This document shows positions 38,430-50,469 of a stretch of 64,000 nucleotides of DNA, one piece after another. A program made the position numbers and the translations under genes. Origin of the DNA: Octopus sinensis. Lineage: Eukaryota. The notes beneath the pieces are model-generated. The model did no database searches, was not told the origin of the DNA, and was given only the letters and a program-made list of their open reading frames with translations. Location of the stretch: positions 324,484 to 388,483 of the forward strand of contig NW_021836126.1 in the NCBI RefSeq assembly GCF_006345805.1, in the 5' to 3' direction. Positions within the stretch are counted from its first letter, which is position 1; each line of letters opens with the position of its first letter.

Positions 38430-38875
38430 CTTGTTATCTCTCTGTTTTGGTCATTCGCTCAGGAAGATCCGGGACATCAAAGTGGCCGACGTTTGTTTGA
38501 TGAGCCGAGAGTGGCAGTGGCTGATGGGGGATGAAAATGATGGGGTGCCGGAAAGACAGGCGGGACAGACCCAAGATGGAATACGTTCCGAAGTGCGGCG
38601 GGAAAGGGAGACACAAAAAAGATGAAAGAACAGATAACACGATTTTGTTAACCATGTGCAGATTGAGCAGGAAGAAACGGGATTAAGAGTGGGATGAGAG
38701 ACCACCATATGGAGGAATGAGAACAGAACGAATAATGGATAGAAAAAAATAGACAGAGAAAGATTAGATGGATAGGAAAAGATTAGATAGATCAGAAATA
38801 TTAGATAGAAACAACAGATAATTGAATTGCAAATAAACAGAAAAAGTGGACCACAACAACAACGTGCAAAGTGCG
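38430..38875 (-). mobile_element. CRE-like 5' fragment
   Basis: TTGCACGTTGTTGTTGTGGTCCAC leader and a degenerate PHD (FHLFC...WVCPAC). Confidence 0.8.
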
Positions 38876-39833
38876 TTTACACTAATTTTAAGAATTGATT
38901 TTTGTTTGTTTCCTTATTATTAATAAGCACACCGCAAAATAACGTTAGTAAAGTTATCTCGCTTGTGCCACTCTCTCCTGGATGCGTTTTGTTAATCGCT
39001 TCAAGTCCCTCTGTTCCTCGATAGTTCTCTCAAGATCGTCTGCTGATTTCAGCCCTCTGTTCTAAACAAGCCGTAAGAGCTTTCAGAGATTTGCTAGTTG
39101 TTGACAACATTGAGAAATCGACCAATTTTTACAAGGTAAAGTTGGATGAATTAACATGACAGAGTATAATTGAACGATACATTGATTTTTTATTTCATGA
39201 GACCACATTTGATAACTACGAATCAGTTTCCGGGTCTATTTCTGAGTTGGGGGACACAAGTCTATCCCAATCCACGTATTTATGCTTTTATTACAGGTTT
39301 TTAGTCCCCTTTATTTAAATCGGGAAGAGGAACTTTGCTATTTGATAAGCGTCTATCAAAAATTAATGAAACCATTACTGGTGAACATATTTTTGTCTAA
39401 ATTTACAGCTTGCCGATTCCCAGATTGAAATATCCCCCAAAACTGTCAAATTGGTGAATTATTATTGTCTACTGTTCGGGCAGTTATTGTCTCCCTGTAG
39501 ACTCAATTCAGTTTTTTGTTCTCAGTTTATTTCAGGCATTGTGGGACATTCTTAAATACTGTCTCGGGGATTTTTATCCCTTACGGCAATTTGCATTTAC
39601 ACTGGCCCAAGAAAAAAAAGTAAACATTTATTTTTTATTGATTAGTACAAACAATGTTATCATTTTCTCAAAGTTTGTAATTTTCTTGTCCCGGAGACAT
39701 CGATACTCTTACACACATTATTTGTATACATTTTGACCCACATTGTCCATTGGTAAATAATTTCAATACATAAATATAGCCGATTGACCAAAAACTTGAG
39801 GATTATACTAAACAACTATTAGATCTGTGAGCT

Positions 39834-40233
39834 GTAAAAAGCGCATATTATCCAGAAATATTTCAAACTGATCTCCTGAAAAAATGAGATCGATTGATTT
39901 CACACACGTGGAGAACTGAGTGGGGATCTTTATAATTACGCAAATCTTGCTGAAAATTTTAAAACGCCAGAATAGAGTATATAAAAAGGTTTTAGACGAG
40001 CGGTAAAAAGCGCATTTTATCCAGAAATATTTCAAACTGATCTCCTGAAAAAATGAGATCGATTGATATCACACACGTGGAGAACTGAGTAGGGATCTTT
40101 ATAATTACGCAAATCTTGCTGAAAATTTTAAAACGCCAGAATAAAGTATATAAAAAGGTTTTAGACGAGCGGTAAAAAGCGCATTTTATCCAGAAATATT
40201 TCAAACTGATCTCCTGAAAAAATGAGATCGATT
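39834..40233. repeat. 169-bp tandem duplication, ~2.4 copies
   Basis: TAAAAAGCGCAT at 39835, 40004, 40173. Confidence 0.95.
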
Positions 40234-40670
40234 GTTGGAGTTGTTTTATCGGGTATTAAAGTCAATGCCCAGGACGACCAATTCATTGGAAGGTTGGCAT
40301 AAGCTGCTGAACAGTTTTTTTAACAGAGCGCACCCAAATTTGGCAGCTTTTATCAATGTTTTGGCCAGGGAAGAACAAAGACTTTTCGTAAAAATGACAC
40401 AAATTAAGCCAGGAAGGTATCTTGAAGTGTCTGCGACAGACTGCAAAAAGGAACTTGAACTGAGAATAGCATGTGAAAATTTTTATGAATTTGAAGTATA
40501 TTGCTATTTTAAGCTAATTGATGGTTTGATTTGCTTTAAAAGTTCAGAATAAAAAGTAATTGTTTTAAAATTTTATTTTATTTACCCTTAAAATATTTTT
40601 CTTCGTAGACGAGTTGTCGCCAAAAAAAATTAGGCGAGTTAAGCGAAAACTCGTCTATAGGCGAGTTTGG
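39834..40670 (+). mobile_element. MULE transposase 3' relic
   Basis: MPRTTNSLEGWHK...HPNLAAFI. Confidence 0.75.
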
Positions 40671-41566
40671 TTTTACTAATCTGTAGGTTTATTTGATTGA
40701 TAAAAATATGAACATGAGACTTAGTATTCTCTATCCGGCTACTACTGGAAGGAATGTTAGGTTTATGTAGTTTTAATATTTTAGTGAGCTCTTACGAGTG
40801 ATTGATTCTGTCATTATGACTGATGTTCATGCCTTAGCCACCCCAGTTAATTGGAAGGTTGACAATTACTTTAGTATATTTGTAGCAAGGTGACGATTGT
40901 ATTATATTTCTTCTCTGAGTGATGAAGAAGCCATAAACCGCTTTACTGCTATTAGAACAATAGTTCTGCCATCCGAGAAACAGTACTTGCGGTATACTGC
41001 ATGGAAATAAAACATATTGACTCTCTTCTTGGTTTAATGGGTTAGTTTTACTAATACTGTTATCCTTTGATTTATTTTGTGGGCTTATTTACTTAATTTA
41101 TTATTAACACATATCGCTTTCCCCGCAACTTGTGCATTCCGCTTATGCCATTTTTTCAACATCCTCTCTAAGATTTTGTGGACATGTCGATAGAATATAA
41201 ACGTATTCATAGACTATTTCTACTCGTGGGGATAGTAGAATTGAATAATAACATAAACGTATTCATAGACTACAATGACAAATAAAGAAAAATAAAAACC
41301 TTCTATAATAGATAGAGAATTGGTTTCTTACAAGACTATAGGAAGACCACGTACAACTTCTTAAATGGGATGAGTGTTTGAGTATTTTTGTCTTTCGGAA
41401 AATTATTTAGAAATGAGTTTTATACAGGCTGAGGTGATTTAATAGTTTATTCCTACAAAACTTGAAAAGCTATGAGACGTGGTTCATTAAGGAGAGAAAT
41501 ACTCCAAATATCAGACAAAGTAGGATCATTTCAACTGTGTCTTAATCTTTTATAAAATAATGTAAA

Positions 41567-42320
41567 TCAAAATGGTGGGTAGAAAGGATAGTAAGGGTAG
41601 GCAGATCGTGGCGGATATCGCCAAGGAGGAGGCCACATTCTCATAGTGGGGGGTTTTCTTCGATTGATCGATCTCTGTTTCCTTTGTTGGCGAATTCGTA
41701 TAGCCTCCTCATTGGTGACTCCCAGTTTAGACTCGAGTCGGGCACACTTCTCCTGTTCGTCGTCCGAGTAGTCCAAGTGCTAGAAATAAGACTAAATAGA
41801 ACAACCTGGAAGTGGTTCAGTGTTCCCAATCCAAGAAGCGTCAGAACCACGTGTTCTAAAATAGACCTCCAAGAAGAGACTGTTTAAGGGAGTCGACATT
41901 GAAGACAAATTGAGTGAGTGTGGGGTCTTGGGGGACACAGAACACTTGTGTGTTGTTGAGAACTATTCCACGGGAAATCAGATCGAGAGCTTCCTCACAC
42001 AGACCGACCACATAGGAGGGCTTTTCAACAAGGCCGAATATTTCTTTAACGTAGAGGAGTGTCTTTGTGGGGGAGAAGGACAGTGTCCTCTGCAAGTGGA
42101 GGGGTATCACTCGTCCCTTCCACGGTAGCGGAAATAGGGTTGATGGACAGACGGAGGAGTCCGACTGGGTGTGATTGAAGGGTGATGTTGGTGAGGTGGA
42201 TTGAGGGGATGTTCCAGTCGTCCTCTTCGACAGGGGGAGAAGGATGAATGCATTGGTCATGTCTTCGTAGAGAATTTGTGAAGGCCACCCAATCTGTGCT
42301 GCTTTCCGAGTCGTACAATT
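41567..42320 (-). pseudogene. NAF1: NAF1 (H/ACA RNP assembly factor) pseudogene
   Basis: PPLAEDTVL, EIFGLVEKPSYVV, GSDASW, LDYSDDEQE, Pro/Tyr-rich tail. Frameshifts. Confidence 0.8.
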
Positions 42321-43019
42321 ATTTAATAATTTATTCAAATAATAAAATTTATATTCGAATTTGACTTGTCTGATGTCAAAAAATGTAATACTCACAGTGG
42401 AGGATAGTAAATTTAAGAATTAGGGAGATTGTGAGATCTGTGTACGCCACCAGAATTATTAAATTATCCTTAATTACTAATCAGAGTGATCATTAATTTC
42501 CTTGACAAAGACATATTCCTTAGTTTATGTCGTCAAATGGATTGTTGCGGATGTTCATTAAATAAATCCATATTACTTTGTTAAAATAATGTTTTGATGT
42601 AACTCAAGTTTAGTTTTAATAAAGCAATTGTAAAGATTACGATCGCTTGGGTTTCTTTCTATGCTTGACGTCAATTAAATACCGAGGTTGGAAGCGGACA
42701 TTGTTTCCGACCATGTGCCGCATTGAATTACATTTTTTGCAATTATCAATATCAAAGTGAAGTAACGCTGAACATCTCAATCTAAATTTGTATAAATTAA
42801 ATAAATTGAGATTTGAGAATGTAAAAGTTAATTGTAAAATTAACAAAATCAAGAGAAAGTTAGTTAGTTAATGCACGTTCTTAATAAAATCGATTGTAAT
42901 TTTTTGAGTGCTATTTTGGCTAAGTAAGATTTTCCGACATGTAATATCTCCTGAGTCGCCAAGTATAGATCCAAGCTTTCTGGTGTTCCTCCACTTTTCT
43001 ACGCGAGTTTTCCTATATT

Positions 43020-43741
43020 AAAGAAACTCTTTTATTGATAAACAAATCATTTCAGAACAGGTCAGAATTAAATTAAAAAATTGCAGCAGATTCCATTATT
43101 TAAAAAAGAAAAATCTACCTTATTGTTCGTTATTTCTCCTCTTATTGCTAAAACAGAAGATCTAAATTTTGCACCATTTGAAATAAAAATTTCTGATTGT
43201 AAGATAATATTACTGGAATTAAAGAGTAAGGAATTATGGGCTCAAAAGTTAATCCACCTAACCACCGAATTATAAGAATTAGAAAAGAACAAATATTCTT
43301 CAATAATTGAAGCAAGAATTACATAAAAATAATTGTTAAGAAACACGAAATATAAAGACAAGATTTGTTAATATTTGATGTATGGAATAGCCTTCCTGAG
43401 TCATTTTATCGATTAAAAAAATTCTCATTTGGAATTATAACAAATCAACATATAATTGCGTAAAGTCATTATCAGAAATAAATTCAATAAAATCAAAATT
43501 GAGGAGTCAGCTAACTGACGAAAGTTTTAATTCTTGTGTAAAATTAAAAATCCCGAGTTAATACCACTGTCAAACGAGATACAAGGACAGTCGTCGTATT
43601 AATTATTTTATACTTTCTATGTTTAAATTTTCTTTCATGTTTTTTTTACAAAATATTTTTAATATGGTGGCTCTTTAATTATGCTTAATTGCTGTTTAAG
43701 TAAAAAGTGGCTCTTTGCCACAAAAAAGTTGCTGACCCCTG
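43020..43741 (+). mobile_element. hAT (SPIN-like) 3' relic with right TIR
   Basis: IKSKLRSQLTDES. End GTTGCTGACCCCTG. Confidence 0.7.
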
Positions 43742-45119
43742 GCCATGACGGACGACACACAGTAACGCACGTCGTTCTTGATTGCAAAAACCTTACCGCT
43801 ATAAGAAGATCGTGGAGGTCTGTCGGTTTTCTTATGGTGTGACCCTAAGATATCTATCGATTTTTTTCGTGCCGCATTCCTCCCAATTTCACAGAGGAAT
43901 GGGATTAAATAAGTGCATCGATCAAGAGAAAGATAATTGCTAAAAATCAAAAAACTTATCACCGTATTAATTCCAGAAATACCCCCAAACTTTTTGAAGG
44001 GGATCTCATTGATAGCCAAGTGAAGTGTCGTATTATAGGAAAAAGCTTACTTTGTCTGAAAATTGTTTCCAATTTGTAGTTCTTTCTTTATCCACCAGTT
44101 TTGTCATACCCTGTGTCAATGTTTGATTAAAGCGCTAATTACACTCTAATTTATTTATTTTTCAGCGCATTTCGCTCGCGATATTGCGTGGAAACTGCCT
44201 GTCTATTCGCTCGTCCTCTCAATCAAAGAATTAACATGGATGAATTAAAATTTAATTTATGACAATAATTGATTAATTTCAAATTTATAAACTTGTGACA
44301 TTATCATTTTTTACATGGTCTAAGGATTGAGACTATACTGATAAAAAATCTTCTTGGAAGATTTTTTAATTAAAATAATGAAAAACGCTTCTTAAAATAA
44401 ATTATTTTTCTTTTTCATTAAATGCCAAACTATGTAGGTGACGCATGGGGATATCCCTTGCGATAGTACCTCTAACTCTTTCTGGATCGCGTAAAAAAGA
44501 TCCAATGATAAGTTTGTTTTAATTTATTATATTCTTTAGAAAGACTTTTACAACAATTAACAGAAATCAGTGTTATGCTCGACTATATAATCTACCTTTG
44601 ATATCCTTGAGATTCAAATTCTAAAAAGCACTAAACCTCTTTTCAAACAGGGATCGTCCTTTTACTATGGTGATCATCCCCGGAGATGCATATCTTGTGG
44701 TGAAATGGTAGGACATCTCCGAGCTCTGTCAGTCTCGATGAATACCCAAAACCTCAACATATTCGATGTTTGCAATTCAAATATGTCAATACTAATCTTA
44801 AGAGGTATCCCAAATCTTAACAAAGGAAAATAATTTATTTTGTTGGTCTAAAATCGTTATAATTAATTTTCCTTGTTTTTTTTGAACAAATAAAAGAAAT
44901 GATTTTTTGAGACTAGCTTTAAATTTACTTCTGGATAAAAAACAGTTGTGTCTCCAGAAAAAATCTGATTGTGGGAAATTGTGGGAAATAATAGTTTTAA
45001 ATAAAAATATTTTTTATTTGTCAAAGTAACAATTCGCGAGCGAAGAATGAAACCGAGCGAAAATGTCATAACACTGACACCGCGCTATAAAAAATGATCC
45101 ACGTTAAAATAATTATGAA

Positions 45120-45350
45120 AAGACAGCCTTACTTTGGATGAAGAGTTTCCTCTCGGGAAGAGAAACATTTATACGCGTCGAAAACCAATTGTCGAGGAAA
45201 ATTTCTCTTATGAGAGGAGTTCCACAGGGATCTGTCATCAATCCACTTTTATTTAATTATAAGATGTGTGACATTCCCAAAGTGGATCATCCTAACATGG
45301 AGATGGTCATTTATGAAGATGATATTTTATTTATAGATCTTTCCATGAGC
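45120..45350 (+). mobile_element. Jockey/CR1-type RT relic
   Basis: WMKSFLSGR, GVPQGSVINPLLF, YEDD. Confidence 0.75.
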
Positions 45351-45409
45351 AAATCAATATCATGAAAAATAACTCTTGGTCATATTGATAAGATTGCAAG
45401 ATGGTATAA

Positions 45410-46845
45410 AAAAAAGGAAACCTCCCCGAACGGAAATTGTCTGACGATTACTCTGCCGCCTGTGGTCTGTGAGAGCCTCAGTTTGGCTCGAAGCTGCCCA
45501 AGTCTCAATCTGTCCAGCGTCAATGGGACGAAATCTCTTGTTCACGGGAAATCAGATCGAGGGCTTAACGTCAATGGGACGAAATTGATTGACAGAGGTG
45601 TCTCAGTTGATAGAGAAAGTGCCTCTCGTGGATGATTCACCCCCTCTAATTCTCCCCTCTCCTCCCTTGATAACTCTTACTTCCAATTGGCCACAATATG
45701 CATCGACATCAGTGATTGGAGACGTCCTTATTAAATGTGATGAGCCAGAAGAGGTCGTGGGGGATGTGTCTGCTTGGGGGAATGACGCGAATTTGGATTT
45801 TGACAGTAACTGGTCATTTGGTCATGTCTAGAAGAGAGTGACGTTGAGAAGACAGTATTGGATAATGGGATGTCGATGATATTGACCTTCCAATTGAAGT
45901 TGGTGATTGTGTTCAATCAATTAGTTGGAGCAGTCTATTTCACCAGTCGAGACGGGTAGTGTGGTGGACGAAGGTGTGTCCCCTGCCGCTGTGTGGGGAA
46001 TAAACGCCAAGTCTGTGGTTGACTACATTCTTGCGGGGGCATTTGATTCAGCTATGATGGTCTCATTTGTCGTCATTTTGTAGGAATTACGCACACGTTA
46101 TTCGGTGGTTGACTTTTCTCCATTTGAACCAATTTTCATTCGTATTTACGTTCAGTCGAGATCATTTTTATCCACGTTGCCATCAACCAGTTCTATTTTT
46201 TATATCCTCAGCTGAATAAGTAAATGCTGTGGGTTACGTAGTGATGAAATCGGGAACAAGTCAGGGAAGAGTCTGTATTCAATGTCATTAAGTGACCTGA
46301 AGAAAAGTATTCCCGCAGCCTACGAGCAGACTACAAAAGGGAACTTTCAGAAAGCATTCTTGGACTTTCGATGGAGATTTACAGAAAGAAGATGCCAAAG
46401 GACACATTGGCTAGTCAAATTCGACAATGCGAACTAGCCCTTTATTTCTCGAATTGTTCTCTCCAACTTTCCCATCAAATACTGACTCTCCGCACTGCCT
46501 TAAATCTGTGTTATCGCCTCAGGAACTTCCAGACTGCTATCAACATTGGGAATCGTCTTTTGAAGCTGGGTCCACCTGCAGACGTTTCCTCTCAGGCTAG
46601 GAAAATATTGGCATCATGCAGTAAGGAACCGCAAGATTTTAATCCAATGGACTATGATTACCTCAATCCATTTGAAGTGTGCAGCATCATACAAGCCAAT
46701 CTATAAGGGTTCTCCACTTGTGCGTGATATGTTGACACGTGCTGCATATTTACCGGAATTTGCTGGTCAGATTTGCCGAATCAGTCTTGTATTATATTTT
46801 GGGTGTTAATTGATGTAGGTCACTGAAATAGGCCGAGATGACTAG
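45410..46845 (+). pseudogene. COPA: Coatomer alpha 3'-half pseudogene
   Basis: NWP, WG.D, AGAFDSAM, TTKGNF, CELALYF, LRTALN, YDYLNPF, GQICR. Internal deletion and frameshifts. Confidence 0.9.
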
Positions 46846-46899
46846 TTTTCACATTAGTAATTGAGTAGTCTAAACATTTATTCTTCAATAGGGACGATC

Positions 46900-47560
46900 G
46901 AGTTCCCCCTATCAGTGGTAACACTGTAGCCAATAAGAATTCTCCCATCTCGTGGAACTACTATATTCTTGTGTTATCTTAAAAAAACATAAAGCCGAAT
47001 TTTCCTATGCATGTAATGTTTCAAAAAACGACATTCCACACTTGAATGGCTTTCTCAATAGTGCAAATGTAAACAGAACGACGGCTACGTTTAACTGGTG
47101 GCAACATTCCTCGTCCTCCTGCGTATTCCTCTACCCGAAAGTCCAACTCGACCGAAAACTCAGTAAACGAGTCGACCTTCTCCTTTACAATAGCCACAAA
47201 TGGAAGGACGATAATCACATTTTTTACTGTGGCACAATATTGTTCGGAGAGTGAGAAGCTCTGCCATCAAAGTCTTGCCTCCGCTAGTCCGCTAGTGGAA
47301 GAGATATTATCAGGTTCCCTCCCGAACGAATTGTGGGCATTGACAGGGCCTCCACCTGCCAGTCTTGCATTGATAATTAAAGCCGAATACCATACAGCTT
47401 TCGATGCCACGACGATAACGCAATATTTCTTCCACTTTTGAAGGAAGGCCATAAAAACTTCCCACTGCGGACTGAGATGTCGAGTCGTCTATTTTGGCTG
47501 TCACTTCCAGTCGTTCTTGTGTGTTTTGATAGTTTTCGTTGAGCAAGTCTGTCTGAGAAC
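46900..47560 (-). pseudogene. HELQ: HELQ/HEL308 helicase N-terminal fragment
   Basis: FYGLPSKV, LPTSG(G)KT, LPFVAIVKEK, VEEYAGGRG, ICTIEKA. 8-bp duplication at 47281-47296. Confidence 0.85.
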
Positions 47561-48319
47561 GGAAATCTGCTATCGAATTTTTATTTTATGTGAGTCTCCG
47601 TCTTAGGTCACTGTGAAGTGAAGGCTTTTCTTGCTTAAGGTTATTTTTAATTATGTTTTTGTTTATTGGAAAGCTGATTTGCTGTGACATTACTTTAAAT
47701 TTCGATCAATAATGGACAAACCAAAAACACCACTTAACACTATTTCCTAAACCGCCGTTCAAATTTAAAAACAAAATTATATTTTGGGTGTTAATTGATG
47801 TTTGTTTCGTCTAAGAACTTAACAAGCCTTAATGAAATTTATTACTTTTGAATCCTGGACGTTGGTTAGACCCATTTAACTCTCATGAATGCAAAAATTG
47901 TTCTTACTTCCTTTGATAGAAAGGCTTTTGAGAATTACGAGCTTCATGTAAAAGGAACCCTAGCAGTCTGACGTTTTTCAAAGGGCACATGACCTTCAAT
48001 TTTGTTTAGTTCCTTCGGAAAATTCTAATTTTTTGCATTCAAATTATGCTAAAAATAAGCCCGACTTTGTTACTTGGTCATAAGAGGGCTAGTTGGTTTC
48101 CGTCAGTACAGAACACAAATGGTTTTAAATCCTAACAATTGATAAAACTGTGTGAGTTCATGCGCAGTTTGTGAGTCAATGTTTAACGTGATTAATTTAA
48201 AAACTTTGTATTTAAATTTCCTTTTTGTCCGATACAATTAAACCGGAAATTATTTTCAATTATTATTTTTTGTGAACTAACTTGGTACCTCACATTGTAC
48301 ATAAACTACTCATTAGAAC

Positions 48320-48815
48320 AAGCAGCCGAATGCTGACTTTTTTGGGTTGGAAAGAGTGTTCTCTTTCTTTTTGGTGAATGTTAGGACAGCATGAACTGCC
48401 GCTTCACAACCCCCCGGTGTGCCGACCCCTATTTGAGCTGGTTGTGTTATCAACGTAGGCAGAATTTTTGAGCGCCACCCAAGTCCTCCAAAGATAAAAA
48501 AACAGATAACACGATGACTTGGGTGGCGCTCAACAAGTGATGTATAGGACTGTTCAGATTGCTCAATTATACGGTGTTGATCTGCAAGGGTTTTCACAAC
48601 AGCACGGATTCCACCTTCAGAAAGTTTTCGACGGATAGCATTTCTTAATCTCTGAGTGTCCGAGATAGTCGATGTTGGCTATCCATGGTTTTGGGATTTG
48701 TAGGTGAGCTTATCTGAGTCTCCAGTTGATCTCTATTGCTATCGTGAGAGGCAAGGCAACGTCGATAATGTCGGCGAGGTTCACTCCTGATGGATGGCTG
48801 TGTAAACTTTTAATT
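48320..48815. mobile_element. Rearranged CRE-like composite: minus-strand RT piece plus plus-strand 3' end
   Basis: AQIGVGTPGGCEAAVH on minus, SIAIVRGKATSI on plus. Same family as the 19.6-23.1 kb copy. Confidence 0.8.
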
Positions 48816-48891
48816 ATATCTTTTCCATGTAAAAGATTATTTAATTAAAAACTTAAATAAAAAGGATTAGTATATATATTGTTTTGTGGTG

Positions 48892-50406
48892 ATGGATAAT
48901 TCTCAGTTTTCTCGAGAGTATTCAGTTCGTGACCCGAGCTATTCTAATCACTGAACAAAACTAGAACAAAAAATAAACGTTTTCATCTGCTGGCATTCGG
49001 ATCAGGCAACTAAGTCAAAGTTTCAAAAAGTTCAAAAGTAACCAACTCTCCCCACATCACCAGATCTCTATGCAACGGGAAAACAATCTCCGTGAATACA
49101 AACTCGCCAACGACAGCGACGTGGTCCCCAAATACGGTGCCGGGACTGAATACGGAAAAGACTTCCGCGATGAAGCCAAACGACGGAAATACGGAATAAA
49201 ACGGGAAGATTACAGTGTAGATGACCAGCCGTGGATTTACAGACAAGGAATTGGAAAGGACACGAGAAAGTGTGTTTATTCGTCATTTCCAGGTTCAAGG
49301 GAGTAAAGGAAGGACAAATAAACCAAAACGCGGACTACTATGTGTTTATGCAGAACAAGGACGGTGTTTTCGACGCATATCTGGTCGATTCAGTCTACAA
49401 AATGTATCCGACAGGTCGATATAAACATTTGTCGATAGATGAGGCAGAAAATGAATATAAAAAGTATATTTTCCATTTATAAATAGACATGATAAATATG
49501 TGGATCACTACCAGTTGATGATATCCCGAAGAATGAAGAAAGAAGACGAGGACACGTCTAATGAGTCGAGGACTAAGGATTTGGTAGTTTTGTGTCTTAT
49601 TTCCAGATTCTTAGAAGTGGGGGAAAGACCAAACCACAGTCCCAGCCCACAGAGAAGGATAAACCCAAAAATATTAAATTCAATGAGGATAACGAGGCAT
49701 TGGACGAATCAGGAGAAGACAGCAACGGGGAAATGAAGGAGGTTTATGACTCATCCAGGTTTATAAGTAAAAACAGTTTAAAGTGAGAATGAAACAAGCA
49801 GGGAAGTGGGAAAGTATTCGGAGAAGGGGGTGATGGAGGAGTTGGTTGAGTCCGAATCCAATGATGAGGTCCCAGTGGCCGAGACTACTAAAGATAGAGA
49901 GGTTTCTGATGCCAGGAAGGAGGAACAAGTCAAACGAGGACAAATATCAGGTTGGAGTGTGTTGTGAGTGTGTTTTAGACAGTGAGGACACCGAGGACAG
50001 AGTGGAGATATCAGGAGGGAGTGATTCTTCTATCATTCCTGACGAGGATATTTATGATGAATTCGATGTGGGGAAACGAAAGTCCAAGCCAGAAGTGGAC
50101 TCCCCTGCCAAGCGACCGGTTAGCAATGATTTGGATGTGGTGGAATCTCCTCGAATTGCTAATAAAGTGTTCAAGTTTGTGGTTTAGTTTTATTGTAGTG
50201 AAAAACTGTCGATTCAGGCAGTTGAGTGGTGTTTGGAGAATCGTCCTTATCGTTTTAAGCATTTGTTGAGTTTGTTTATGAAGACAACCCCCGAATATAG
50301 TAAGCAGGAGATGAGCACTGAGCTGTTTAATATACTCGGACGACTGGACGTGCAGACAATCAAAATCGGCACATATCAACACATGTATATCAAGTCACGC
50401 AAATAA
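48892..50406 (+). pseudogene. GTF2F1: TFIIF alpha (RAP74), full length but with 5' lesions
   Basis: PKYGAGTEY, KRRKYG, DQPW, FKGVKEG, C-terminal WH. ~8 tiny introns, the first with a CT donor, and an in-frame TAA near 49009. Confidence 0.8.
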
Positions 50407-50469
50407 TGCTTTTCTTTATGTCTTTTCTTGTAGGTTAGAAAGTATAAAAACACATTTTTAGACATTTTC

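Noticed and set aside
36900-39480. Further gene fragments (WD40-like, coiled-coil, ZW10-like)
   Set aside because: They look coding with tiny introns, but I could not support an identity.
46900-47560. POLQ fragment
   Set aside because: VEEYAG.G..PP and IEK motifs fit HELQ better.
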